Below, in pieces: positions 23,449-36,274 of a DNA stretch of 64,000 bases; the first letter of the stretch is position 1; every line of letters begins with the position of its first letter. Under the pieces are notes generated by a model that made no database searches, had not been told where the DNA came from, and was given only the letters and a program-made list of their open reading frames with translations. The stretch covers positions 1 through 64,000 of the forward strand of contig QPGO01000279.1 of the NCBI GenBank assembly GCA_008632985.1, given 5' to 3'. The DNA is from Psammoneis japonica (taxonomy: Eukaryota). The translations under genes were made by a program, and so were the position numbers.

Positions 23449-26400
23449 ATGGTTCTAACCAGGCAGCAACAAATTGACGGCCTCGAGCACATTCTAGGCA
23501 CTGTTCTGAATCAAGCCACAGACAGTCCATTGCGCTCTGCCCTCAACATTGATGATTCTGGCTTGCATCAGGATCTCTTCACTTTTACTCCGACACAACT
23601 GGATGCCTTGGTTTGTGATGATGGCACCAATCAGATGCCCTTGCCACGTGGTTACAAAGCACAGATAGCTGTGCTGATTAGCATGTACATGGTAAAAGCG
23701 CACGGTGGCGCGGATGTTAGCAATGACTCTCAATTGATCACACAAGAGGAGTTCACCAACTATGGTCTTAGTCCTGAGCACGCAGCATCCCTTTCCATGG
23801 GTGCAGCTCCCTCTGCTCCCACTCCTGGCTCATTGCCACCCAAACCATGTGATCCCATGCGTGACTTTAAACGAGGAATCAAATGTGACCCTCTCACCTT
23901 CGAGACTCTCAAGTCTGACAAACAGAGGCACATGTGGCCCACCTCCATTGTCACACAGGCCTGCTCCCAGGACATCAACCGCATTCTTGATCTGACGTAC
24001 AAGCCCTCTACAGCTGAGGACAAGGCACTGTTCGACAAACAACAGAAACACATGTTCGCCACATTCGGACGCATCTTGCAGAACGACAAATGCAAGGCAC
24101 TTGTTCGTGAACATGTCGGCTCCTCTGATGCTCAAGCAGTGTGTTGTGACCTGTCCAAGTGCACACTTGCATCTGCTCGTGCATTCCTGGAGTCCTCAAC
24201 CCTTCTCACCTACCTCACCACTGCCCGCCTTGGTGATGGCACCTGGAAAGGATCCACTCATGCCTTCACACTTCACTGGCAAGACCAGCTTTGCAAGCAT
24301 GAAGCTCTTATTCTGGGTACGGACCACTTCTCTGCTGGCCAGAAATGCGTCATGCTTGAGAACACCGTTCATCCCATTGAAGAATTTCGTTCGGCAAAGA
24401 ATCAGGCCGATCAGTTTTGTGCACAGAATGACAGAGGCCTTTCTTACAAACAGTGCTGTGGGCTCCTGCTTTCTGCAGCAGCACAGTGCGACAGCACGTT
24501 CACCCCCAAGATGGCTCCTTGCACTCCGCACTATGCCATCTGTGAACATGACTTGGCCCCTGACGACCCTGATGACAGTGTGTTCTTTGACATCCACAGT
24601 GATGTTGATGTCATCCAAGCTCATGCTGCACAAACTCGTGGCAACTCCCTCACCAGGGAACAATGGTGTTGCATCCTGCCGGACCATCAGCGCATTTGGG
24701 ACACCTTGCCACAGTCCACCAAGGCCATCATCCTTGGCTCGCGCACCGCCCACACCGGCAACTGCCATGACTCAATGGCAGTCAATCTGCATGACCTCCA
24801 CATTGGCAGCAATGGCGATGTCAACTTGTCCGCCAACACTCACGATCTTGCGTTGGCCTCTGCACCATCCAACGCTGCAGCTGATGCAGCCGTTGCTGAC
24901 CCCATTCTGGCTCATCTCACCAGGCGCACACCTCTGCCACCCGGTGATCTGCAACGTCTCCCAGCACCTGAATGGCCTCCTTCCGCCTGTTCTGGAGAGA
25001 AACCCCCTGGATCTGTGTCTTCCGTCCGCTCTGACGAGAAGCCCAATGACACTGACATTGAGATCAACAGTCATAAATGCCATCGTGTCAATGACCACAA
25101 TGTCCTCTGCTCTGCCTTGACCCACAAATCGACCCACAAAGGCACCCTAGTGGATTGTGATGCAAACGGTGGCATTGCCGGTGATGATGTTTGTGTCATT
25201 GCTTGCACTGGTCACCAGGTTGACGTCCAAGGTGTCGACGATCACCAACTGGTCAACATTCCCATCATTGTCACTGCCGGTGGTGTCATCCACACACAAC
25301 GTGGCCCCGTCATCAACATTCTTCACCAGTCCGCCTGCACTGGAAAAGGCAAGACCATGCACTCTTGCGGTCAACTTGAGTGGCACAAGCATGACATCAA
25401 GGATCGGTCCATCAAGGTCCCCAATGGTCTGCAGTGCATCACCACCATTGATGGATGTGTCATCCCCATTGACATCAAAGGCGGCCTTCCGTACATCGCC
25501 ACACGTCGGTGCACTGATCCCGAGTGGGACACCTTGCCACATGTCGTCCTCACTGGTGATGACACTTGGGACCCATCTGTCCTTGACCACCAGTTCACCG
25601 ACAATGAGACGTGGCATGATGCCACATCTAACCTCCAGGCCAACCCAACCACCAACCCATTTGATGAGTTCAGCAACCGCCATGTCATCAACAACACCAT
25701 GCTTACGGACTCTGTCCTTGATGACCACCTGCTCCCGACATCCAATTTCTTCTACGAATGCCATGAGTGCGAGATCAATCCAAAAAAATCCCGACTTTGA
25801 ATCTCTGCACCCTCTTTTTGGCTTTCTCCTGAAGGACACTGTTTGCCGCACTTCTGATTGCACGACGCAATGCGCCCGCATGCCAGCCAGCATGCACTTG
25901 ACAAAGGCGCAAAAGTCACCCAACCTGGCTCTCAATGTCCACCGATGCAACAAACCCATTGCCACTGACACGGTGTGCTCTGATGCCCCCGCCATTGACT
26001 CCGGCTGCACCAGCGCCCAGCTCTTCATTGGCACTAAATCCATTGTCACCGACATGTGCAGAACCAAGACCGCCACGGAATTCATCAACATGCTTGAAAA
26101 CAACATTCATAATCGTGGTGCCCCATCCAAGCTCATCAGCCACTGTGCTCAAGTTGAGATTAGCAACAAGGTTCTCGGCATCCTCCATGCCCTCTTCATC
26201 TCTAGTTGGCAAAGTGAGCCTCACCAACATCATCAGAATTTTGCTGAACGTTGCTGCCAAACTGTGTGGACCATGGCCAACACCACAATGGATCGCTTTG
26301 GGTCTCCGGCTTACACCTGGCCACTCACCCTGTTGTGCGTGTGCTTCGTGCTCAACCACACGCCATCTGCCAAGCTCCACTGGTGCACCCCACCAAAGTG

Positions 26401-29276
26401 CTGTCTGGCTCTGCTCCCAACATCAGCCTGCTCTTCTGTCTTCAATGGTGGGAACCTGTGCACTGTCACCTGGATGATTCCGACTGGCTGTCCGAATCCC
26501 GCGAATTACGTGGTCGCTTCGTTGGCATTGCTGAACACGTGGGCCACCAAATGACGTTCAAGATTCTTTCTGATGACACTCAGAAGATTCTCTGCCCTTC
26601 CAATGTGCGTTCTGCCCATGACCCATCTGCTCCAAACCTGCATCTTGATCCTCCTGATAAGAAATCAGCTTAACCCGTCATTAAATCCTGCCATGACTCC
26701 AAGGATTTGCCGGATTCACCAGATGGGGAGGCAATCAGGATGCCCAAAATGCCGGTCTTTGACCCCGAGGACATCATTGGACGCACCTTCCTCATGAAGC
26801 CACAAGAGGATGGACAATGCCACAGAGCCCGCATTGTCAAAGCTGTTGAGGACCATGACTGGAAAATTGGAACAATCCTGAACTGGTCAAGTTCATTTGC
26901 TCCGTCAACAATGATGAGTGCGAGGAAGTCCTGGCCTGCAACAACATCATGCACCACTTGGAGCAAAACGATGAGGACACTAACCTCTGGAAGTTCCAAT
27001 GCATTGCATCGCAGGAAGGACCATTGCGACCCCATGATCCCTCTTGGAAAGGCTCAAGCTGCAACATCATGCTTGAATGGGAGAATGTGGAGATCACGTC
27101 AGAATCCCTTGCCATGATTGCCAAGGATGATCCCATCACCTGTGCCATCCATGCACGTGAGCACGGCCTCCTTGCAACCAAAGGATGGAGACGTTTCCGC
27201 AAGACAGCCCTGCGCCAGAAAAGAAGCTATTCCGCATGGCCAATCAAGCCAAGTTGTGCTCCTTTTGCACCGCACCACAATGCAAGTGCGGCTGTGAAGT
27301 GCCCTGGGACTACAAGCATGCCTTGGCCCTTGATGAGCACAATGGCAACCGCAAGTGGGGAGACACAACAGACCTCGAGATGACTCAGCTTGATGAGTAC
27401 GAAGTCTTCCATGACTGCTGACATTACAAGGATTCCAGTTCCCCGCCAGGACACAAGAAAGATCTGGGTGCATCTTGTCTGCAATGTCAAACATGACGGA
27501 CGGCACAAAGGAAGGCTTGTTGCTGATGGACACCTCACAGACGTGCCCGTCGACAGTGTCTGTTCCGGAGCAGTGTCTCTTTGCAGCCTGCCAATGATGA
27601 TCTTTCTAGCCAAACTCAACGAACTAGAGACTTGGGCTGCCAACATTGGGAATGCCCATCTCGAAGCTGTGACCAAGGAGAAACTGTGCATTGCAGCAGG
27701 CCCCGAATTCAGCAAGCTAGAAGGACACATCCTTGTCATCCACAAGGCCTTGCATGGACTCCGCAGCTCTGGCCTCAGATGGCATGAACATTTTGCCCAT
27801 TGCTTGCATGCCAAGGGTTTCTTCCCGTGTAGAGCTGAACCTGACATCTGGCTGCGTAGGAACGGCGACCACTGCGAATGCATGGCGGTGCATGTGGACA
27901 ACCCAGCCTTTGCCATGAAGGATCCCCAGGCTTTTGCAGACACTCTCATGGAGAAATGCAAGTTCAAGCTCAAGGGCACTGCACCATTGGAGTTCCATCT
28001 TGGTTGCGACTTCACCCGTGATCCAGATGGCCCCTTGTGCCTTGCTCCCCGCAAGTGCATTGAGTGCATGGTTGACAACTGCGTGCATCTCTTTGGGGAG
28101 AAGCCCCACTCTGACATGTGCTTTCACCCCTTTTGACAAGGGAGACCACCCTGAGCTTGATGCCTCCGAATCACTCAAACCGGAGGGCATCCACCATTTC
28201 CAATCCTTGATTGGTTCCCTGCAATGGGCCGCATTTCTTGGTCGCATTGACACTGCTGCGGCCATCATGTCCTTGTCTGGCTTCCATGCAGCACCCTGCC
28301 AAGGCCACCTAGACTGTGCCAATTGCATCTGCGGATTCCTCTCCAAGATGCATCGTAGTGCCCTCTGAGTGCACACCGAGGAGCCCGACTCTTTGGACCT
28401 TCCCAAGCCCATGCATGACTGGGCCCAGTCTGTGCATGGGGAGGTAGAAGAGCTGCTCCCGCAAAATGCACCTGAGCCACTTGGCAAGTTCATCACCACA
28501 ACACACTGTGCCGATGCAAACTTGTTCCATTGCATGCTCACTGGATGCTCTGTCACCGGCATCCTCCATTTCCTCAACAAGTTTCTGGCTGATTGGTTCT
28601 CTAAGAAACAAGCAACAGTTGAGACTGCCATGCATGGATCCAAGTTTGTCACTGCAAGGACATGCGTTCAGCAGATCATTGACCTGCGCATCACTTTACA
28701 TTGCCTTGGCATCCCCATTCGCAAAAACATGTTACATGTTCAGGGACAGCAAGTTGGTTGTGGACATTGCTGCCATCCCACACTCAAAGTTACACAAACA
28801 ACACACCGCCCTCTCGTTCCATCATGTGCGTGAGGCAATTCCTTCTGGTTTCCTGGAGTTTCATTTCATTGAAGGGTCCTGCAACCCGGCTGACATCCTC
28901 AGCCAGCATTGGGGTCACTCCCAAGTCTGGAACCTCCTTCATCCTCTAATGTTTTGGAACTTTGATCCCAAGGCTTTCAACCAATCTGACTTCGAATCCA
29001 TCACTGGTGACCCCTCAAGCAAACTGGGGAGTGACAGGATTTGAACAAGATTTTAGTTTGTGGCACACAATTATGTGTGCTCTTAGTTCCGCCTGCATTG
29101 CATGATGTAGTTTGCTTTCAAGCCACATGGCTCACAAGAACAATGACAGCAGTGCCGACATCATGACACCAGTCTTTTGGCTCCTGCAATGGTCTCTGCA
29201 CGGAGACTCATCTGCCATTTAGACAGCAGCAAGGAGTTGTTGTTTTCTTCCACCCAGTCATCTTTAATTTCTGTCA
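23449..29276 (+). mobile_element. CoDi-type Ty1/Copia element (gag-PR-INT-RT-RH plus 3' LTR); 5' LTR not recognised
   Basis: RDFKRGIK (gag), VDCDANGG (PR), WQSEPHQHHQNFAE (INT), KHDGRHK/KALHGLRSSG/HVDN (RT), WFSKKQATVET..NPADILS (RH). PPT AAACTGGGGAG. Confidence 0.93.
29032..29276 (+). repeat. 3' LTR (TGACAG..CTGTCA)
   Basis: Follows the PPT. Homologous to 39828-40074 in inverted orientation. Confidence 0.85.
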
Positions 29277-29279
29277 CTC

Positions 29280-30350
29280 CTCGTGAGAATCTGGGACATT
29301 TCATGGCTCCCATTGGCACTCAAAGGATGCAACTGATGAAACTGCAGAACAAGAGTGACTCAGTTGCATTGTTTTTGAGGTCATGTCCACTTGATAGGAC
29401 TGAAACCTGGTGACATCACCACGCATGTTACCTTTTCTCCATGATGCATGTTTTGGCTAAATTCCAATTTTCTTTCAAAAGAACTTCAGCAGGTCCAACA
29501 AAAGGCAATGAGGACAATGTTTGCAAAATGCAGATGCAATGGGAATGCCAAACGATTGATGCTTTACAGCCCGCAATCTCCAGGAGGAGGAGGCTTTTGA
29601 TCACTGGACATTGAACAAGGGATGTCTCAGATGCTGCAACTCTTAAAGCATTCAAAAGGAGTTGAATGGTTAAATCTTGGTAAAGACCAGCCACACAAAC
29701 TACTTCACATCGCAGTTGCATGGATCCAACTGAATTTAGGAACGGGAGATGGCTTTCCATGGGACGTGGAGACAACGTTGCCACACATGGAATCCTGCTG
29801 GTTTGCATCTGTCTGGGAATTTCTTCACAAGATTAATGGACGAGTGCAGCATGCCTCAGTGCTGGACAACATGGCAAGACCGTGCACAGCCTCTGGTGTG
29901 TGGCAGTGCAGCATTGCCAACACACACCTGGGAAGCACAACCACAGGAGGGCATGGCTTTGTGTCTTGGGCAATCTAGAAGGATGCTAAGAGAGCACCTG
30001 TGTGAAGCACTCCAACCTGTTGTCTGGCCCACAACAGTGGCGTGGTTCCACACGATGACATCACTCGTGCACAGCACATGATGGCATGATTCACACGATC
30101 CATGATGCGAACGCACGATCGATTGGTGCAATCCAAAATGCAAATAAATGGCCAATTTGGCAAGATTCCCCATTTGCACGATTCCATTTCTCTGCACATA
30201 AACTGGCTCATGATTTTCACATCGATGCAGTTGTAACACATCTGCATTTTTGTTGCCTGTTGCATGCATGGGGCACAACAATGTTACTCCCGCACAGTGT
30301 GCGAGGTTACGAAATCTACAAAAACGAATGCTGCGACATGTTGGTGGGAC
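29280..30350 (+). mobile_element. LINE ORF2 fragments (post-RT region)
   Basis: LLHIAVAWIQLNLGTG..LPHMESCWFASVWEFL. Similar to 50500-51080. Confidence 0.6.
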
Positions 30351-32440
30351 TAACAAACTCGAAAACCACCACGAAGAAGCATCTCAAGCCGCCGATTCCA
30401 TTTGCGCGGCCGGAGAAGAAGGAACCACAGCAGGGTGAGCACCAGACGTTCAAGCTGCATGACGACCCCACTGATGCTGACAGTCCAACACATGAGATGG
30501 GTCTGCCATGCTTTTCTGCGGGAACATGCAAGGAACTTCTCATTTTTATCTGCAACACCGAGCGTGTGCATCAAGGACAAAACATCACTGCGGGGCCAGA
30601 GAAGTGTGCACTCATGCACAGGCTTCTCGAGGGCAATGCCCTGACAACCTTTAATGAGGCCGCTGAAGAGCAAGCTTCTCAAACCAATGCTGCGCATGCC
30701 GCGTGCATGGCGAAGCTAAAGGAAAGCATCTTCCCTCATGGGGTGGCGCCATTGCAGAAACGTCATCTGCAACGCTTCATGCACAAGCCCACTGAGGTTT
30801 CTGCTTGTGACTGTGTCGCGAGGGCTGTTGAAATTAATGACTGTGTCTCTCAGTTTCCACCCATGATGCAGGGAGGAGAAACACCAGAGTCATTACCCAA
30901 TGATGAACTCTGTGACTTGTTCGAGTGTGGTGTGCTGAATGCGTGGCAGAAGATCATGACTCTACAGAATTTTGACCCGTTGGCTCATGCTGTGTCCGAG
31001 TTTGTACAATTCTGTGAGCGGATCAAGCAGGTCGAGTCTGCCGAAGGTAACCAGGACCAACACACTAAGGTTCCATGCAAGCGGGGCCGTAGAACGGACA
31101 ATCCTGAGTCATTGATCATGATTCAGAAGAACACCCAGAAGTCGTGCATGCTCCATGGGACTGACTGTGGACATCACACTGACGATTACCGTGCACTCAA
31201 GCACCACGTGAAATGTGTCAAGACCAGCCATGCCAATGGTGGAGGCGGCAAGCCCAATCAAAAACCCAAGCCCTGTAGAAGACATTCATGCTGTCATTGG
31301 AACGAAGGTAGAAGAATTCTTTGCCAATGCTCAGAAAAAGCGCAAGGCATGTGAGGAAGAGCTTGATCACTGCAGTGACCTCAACTTAAGCGATTCCAAG
31401 AACTCGGATGCCTGAGAAGGGGGCCGACACGACACTGGCAGTTTTAATGCATTAGATGAATGCACAAATGAACAACTGACATGCCATTGTACACGTGTTG
31501 TAGGCCAATCACGTAAACGAGTTAAAAAGACTCACCTCACACCAATCTTGTTTGTAGCTGTGAATGCCAAGCATGGCAAAGGCAAAACTCAGACCATTGA
31601 GGCACTGCTGGACAGTGGTCCCAGCAGCACTCTACTAGACAAGCAATGCTGCAAGCATTTGCCAAGCCGTTCAATGGCTGAGACAAACTGGACTACGGCA
31701 GCAGGCTCGTTCAGTGTGGTCAGTGATTGCACCGTTAAATTTAAGTTGCCAGAACTCTCAGAAACTGCGGAACTTATGCACACGGTCCATGCACACAACG
31801 GAAAGTTGGGCAAGTGCGACATGATTGTTGGATGAGACATTCTGGAGACACAAGGCATGAGAGTGGCCAACAGTCAATGGAGAAGCACCAATGTGGCACG
31901 TAGATGCTACGGTGGAAACCTCCTTCTTTCTTCAAGATCTAGAAGCCTTAACTTCGGAAACCGACCAGATTCACGCATTTTGGATGCCAAGTGTGCGCCG
32001 GCATGCCTCAAGGATATAATTCGAGGGGCAATGAGATTTTCTGTTGTACAACAGGACAACCTTTTGGCATTGTTGAAATGCCATGAATCCCAATTTGATG
32101 GGACATTGGGAGAATGGAAAGGAGAACCCCACCATGTCCAACTTAAGGAGGATGTAGAACCATGCCACGCTCATCCGCACAAAGCACCTTGTGCGTGCGA
32201 AGCTACCCTGCGTAAAGAAGTAGAGCACCTTGCACATGCAGGTGTTCTCAAACGCGTTGACCGATCCCAATGGGCAGCTCCATCATTTATCATGCCGCAG
32301 AAAGACCCAACCATGCGGTTTGTCAATGATTTGAGAGAGCTGAACAAACGGATCAAGCGATCACCTTATCCGATCCCTCATGTCCAAGATGTGCTGCTAA
32401 AGCTCGAAGGCTTTATGTGGGCTGCATCACTGCATCTTAA

Positions 32441-32977
32441 GGTAATCGCAGAACCGCGTGAGAGATGACAAGACGATTCGACTTTATGAATTTTTTTTGC
32501 ACTGGAAACTTCGTGCGTGCTACATGCATCATCGCTAAAAATCGGCGACATGACGATGGTGCGTTGTCGTAACGACAGCGATGACAACGACGTGTCCTCG
32601 ACTATTTGGGCATTATGGACATTTAGTTCATTAAGTTTAAGAACGCATTCAGTCATGAAAGTCCCTGGGAGAAGCCTTCGTTCAAAAGCAAAATGTCGTG
32701 CAAATGCCGAGCTCAATTTTTCGACCATCGTTTGATGCATTCGATTATGGAACGATTAAGAGTTCGTCCGGGGGACTTTCTTGATGTACACGTGTTCTTA
32801 AGAGCATTGTTGACACAGTCATTAAGTGCCAACAGCGAAGTCTTTCTCTAGAGGAGCGTCGCAAACGTGTCATCGTCATCGTCGGCATTGAACGGCAACT
32901 TGTTGCGCAAATCGCGAAAACAGCACGGACCGTCATCTTCCGACAATGAGCTGCTGCGCGCGACTCCTGCGCATGCC
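32441..32977. mobile_element. 537-bp non-autonomous element with TTAA TSD and GG..CC ends (Kolobok-like)
   Basis: TTAA at 32437-32440 and 32978-32981. Splits RT motif SL(D)LN|MG. Imperfect TIR GGTAATCGCAG / GGCATGCGCAG. Confidence 0.8.
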
Positions 32978-34700
32978 TTAACATGGGATGTTGTCATGTT
33001 CGTTTGGATGCTGACAGCAAAAAGCTGTGTATGCTCATCTTCCTGTGGGGCAAGCATGAGATGCAAGCATTGCCCATGGGGTTGTGCAACTCACCAGACA
33101 TCTTCCAAGAACGCATGTCAGGCTTATTTGAAGATCTGTTGTTCGTTCGAATGCACTTAGATGACCTTCTTGTTGTGACGAAAGGCACCTGTAAAGATCA
33201 CCTCAAGAAACTTGAAGAAGCACTGTTGACGGTCCAGAAAGCAGGACTAAAAGTTAACGCAACTAAGTCGCACTTCTGTCAAACCCAATTAGAACACTTG
33301 GGTTATCTCGTCAACCATGACGGCACACGGCCAATGCCTAAAAAAGTCAACGCCATTAAACGTATCGCGAAGCCTACAAATGAGCACAACCTGCGCTCAT
33401 TTATGGGTGCAGTAAACTGCTGCCGTGGATTAGACGTTCTGAAGCCTTGGCTCCACTAGCATGACTCGTTAGCAAGACTGTTAAGGGAGTGGACGTCCGT
33501 TGAAGACGAGGCGTTTGAAACCGTTAAACGAATGGCATCGGATGATGTCTTGTCAACACATCGTGATTTTAACAAACCCTTTGAGACACATGCCAATGCC
33601 TCTAAACATCAAATGGGAGCAGTTGTGTCCCAGGATGACAAACCAATCGCATTCTCCTTTGCCTTCCAAATCCAATCCGGATGTGCAGGACACTCCATTG
33701 AGTTGTCCCTTGCATGAAGCTTTCAATGCAGACATGCTAGACGCCGCACCTCTGCCTGTTAGCTTCAAGCGCATCCAAAAAGAACAGCAACATGACAAGC
33801 GTTTGCTGTCGCGAGCTGAGGACTCGTCTGACCACTCCATTTGCACGCATCGTGGGGGAGGGTCATCACGACAGTTAACATGTCAGCACTCTACTAGACA
33901 AGCAATGCTGCAAGCGTTTGCCAAGCCGTTCAATGGCTGAGACAAACTGGACTACGGCAGCAGGCTCGTTCAGTGTGGTCAGCGATTGCACCGTTAAATT
34001 TAAGTTGCCAGAACTGTCAGAAACTGCGGAACTTATGCACAGGGTCCACGCACACAATGGAAAGTTGGGCAAGTGCAACATGATTGTTGGATGAGACATT
34101 CTGGAGACACAAGGCATGAGAGTGGCCAACAGTCAATGGAGAAGCACCAATGTGGCACGTAGATGCTACGGCGGAAACCTCCTTCTTTCTTCAAGATCTA
34201 GAAGCCTTGGCTTCGGAAACCGACCGGATTTCACGCATTTTGGATGCCAAGTGCATGCCGGCATGCCTCAAGGATATAATTCGAGGGGCAATGAGATTTT
34301 CTGTTGTACAACAGGACAACCTTTTGGCATTGTTGAAATGCCATGAATCCCAATTTGATGGGACATTGGGAGAATGGAAAGGAGAACCCCACCATGTCCA
34401 ACTTAAGGAGGATGTAGAACCATGCCACGCTCATCCGCACAAAGCACCTTGTGCGTGCGAAGCTACCCTGCGTAAAGAAGTAGAGCACCTTGCACATGCA
34501 GGTGTTCTCAAACGCGTTGACCGATCCCAATGGGCAGCTCCATCATTTATCATGCCGCAGAAAGACCCAACCATGCGGTTTGTCAATGATTTGAGAGAGC
34601 TGAACAAACGGATCAAGCGATCACCTTATCCGATCCCTCATGTCCAAGATGTGCTGCTAAAGCTCGAAGGCTTTATGTGGGCTGCATCACTGCATCTTAA

Positions 34701-35237
34701 GGTAATCGCAGAACCGCGTGAGAGATGACAAGACGATTCGACTTTATGAATTTTTTTTGCACTGGAAACTTCGTGCGTGCTACATGCATCATCGCTAAAA
34801 ATCGGCGACATGACGATGGTGTGTTGTCGTAACGACAGCGATGACAACGACGTGTCCTCGACTATTTGGGCATCATGGACATTTAGTTCATTAAGTTTAA
34901 GAACGCATTCAGTCATGAAAGTCCCCGGGAGAAGCCTTCATTCAAAAGCAAAATGTCGTGCAAATGCCGAGCTCAATTTTTCGACCATCGTTTGATGCAT
35001 TCGATTATGGAACGATTAAGAGTTCGTCCGGGGGACTTTCTTGACGTACACATGTTCTTAAGAGCATTGTTGACACAGTCATTAAGTGCCAACAGCGAAG
35101 TCTTTCTCTAGAGGAGCGTCGCAAACGTGTCATCGTCATCGTCGGCATTGAATGGCAACTTGTTGCGCAAATCGCGAAAATAGCACGGACCGTCATCTTC
35201 CGACAACGAGCTGCTGCGCGCGACTCCTGCGCATGCC
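34701..35237. mobile_element. Second copy of the TTAA element (product of the tandem duplication)
   Basis: Same site and sequence as 32441-32977. Confidence 0.8.
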
Positions 35238-36274
35238 TTAACATGGGACATTGTCATATTCGTTTGGATGCTGACAGCAAAAAGCTGTGTATGCTCATCT
35301 TCCTGTGGGGCAAGCATGAGATGCAAGCATTGCCCATGGGGTTGTGCAACTCACCAGACATCTTCCAAGAACGCATGTCAGGCTTATTTGAAGATCTGTT
35401 GTTCATTCGAACGCGCTTAGATGACCTTCTTGTTGTGACGAAAGGCACCTGTAAAGATCACCTCAAGAAACTTGAAGAAGCACTGTTGACGGTCCAGAAA
35501 GCAGGACTAAAAGTTAACGCAACTAAGTCGCACTTCTGTCAAACCCAATTAGAACACTTGGGTTGTCTCGTCAACCATGACGGCACACGGCCAATGCCTA
35601 AAAAAGTCAACGCCATTAAACGCATCGCAAAGCCCACAAATGAGCACGACCTGCGCTCATTTGTGGGTGCAGTAAACTGCTGCTGTGGATTGGACATTCT
35701 GAAGTCTTGGCTCCACTAGCATGACTCGTTAGCGAGACTGTTAAGGGAGTGGACGTCCATTGAAGACGAGGCGTTTGAAACCGTTAAACGAATGGCATCG
35801 GATGATGTCTTGTCAACACATCGTGATTTTAACAAACCCTTTGAGACACATGCCAATGCCTCTAAACATCAAATGGGAGCAGTTGTGTCCCAGGATGATA
35901 AACCAATCGCATTCTCCTTTGCCTTCCAAATCCAATCCGGATGTGCAGGACACTCCATTGAGTTGTCCCTCACATGAAGCTTTCAATGCAGACATGCTAG
36001 ACGCCGCACCTCTGCCTGTTAGCTTCAAGCGCATCCAAAAAGAGCAGCAACATGACAAGCGTTTGCTGTCGTGAGCTGAGGACTCATCTGACCACTCCAT
36101 TTGCACGCATCGTGGGGGAGGGTCATCACGACAGTTAACATGTCATAGGACAAAATTGCAGCACCAAAGTCATTGCAGGTTCTGTTGACTGAATGGCACC
36201 ACAAGACACTGTGTCATCCAGGTGAGACACGTTCAGAAACATCTGTTGCCCAGCACTTCTGCTGGCCTGGTGTG

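Larger units (their letters stand above)
31627..36145 (+). repeat. Tandem duplication, 2 x about 2260 bp (31627-33885, 33886-36145)
   Basis: Near-identical sequence at an offset of 2259-2260. Junction at CA microhomology. Confidence 0.95.
30355..36270 (+). mobile_element. Gypsy fragment (gag, PR, RT, partial RH, start of INT), no LTRs seen
   Basis: LKPPIPFARP..FKL (gag), LLDSG, WAAPSF, DLRELNK, LPMGL, HLDD, LEHLGY, LCHPGETR. Confidence 0.92.
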
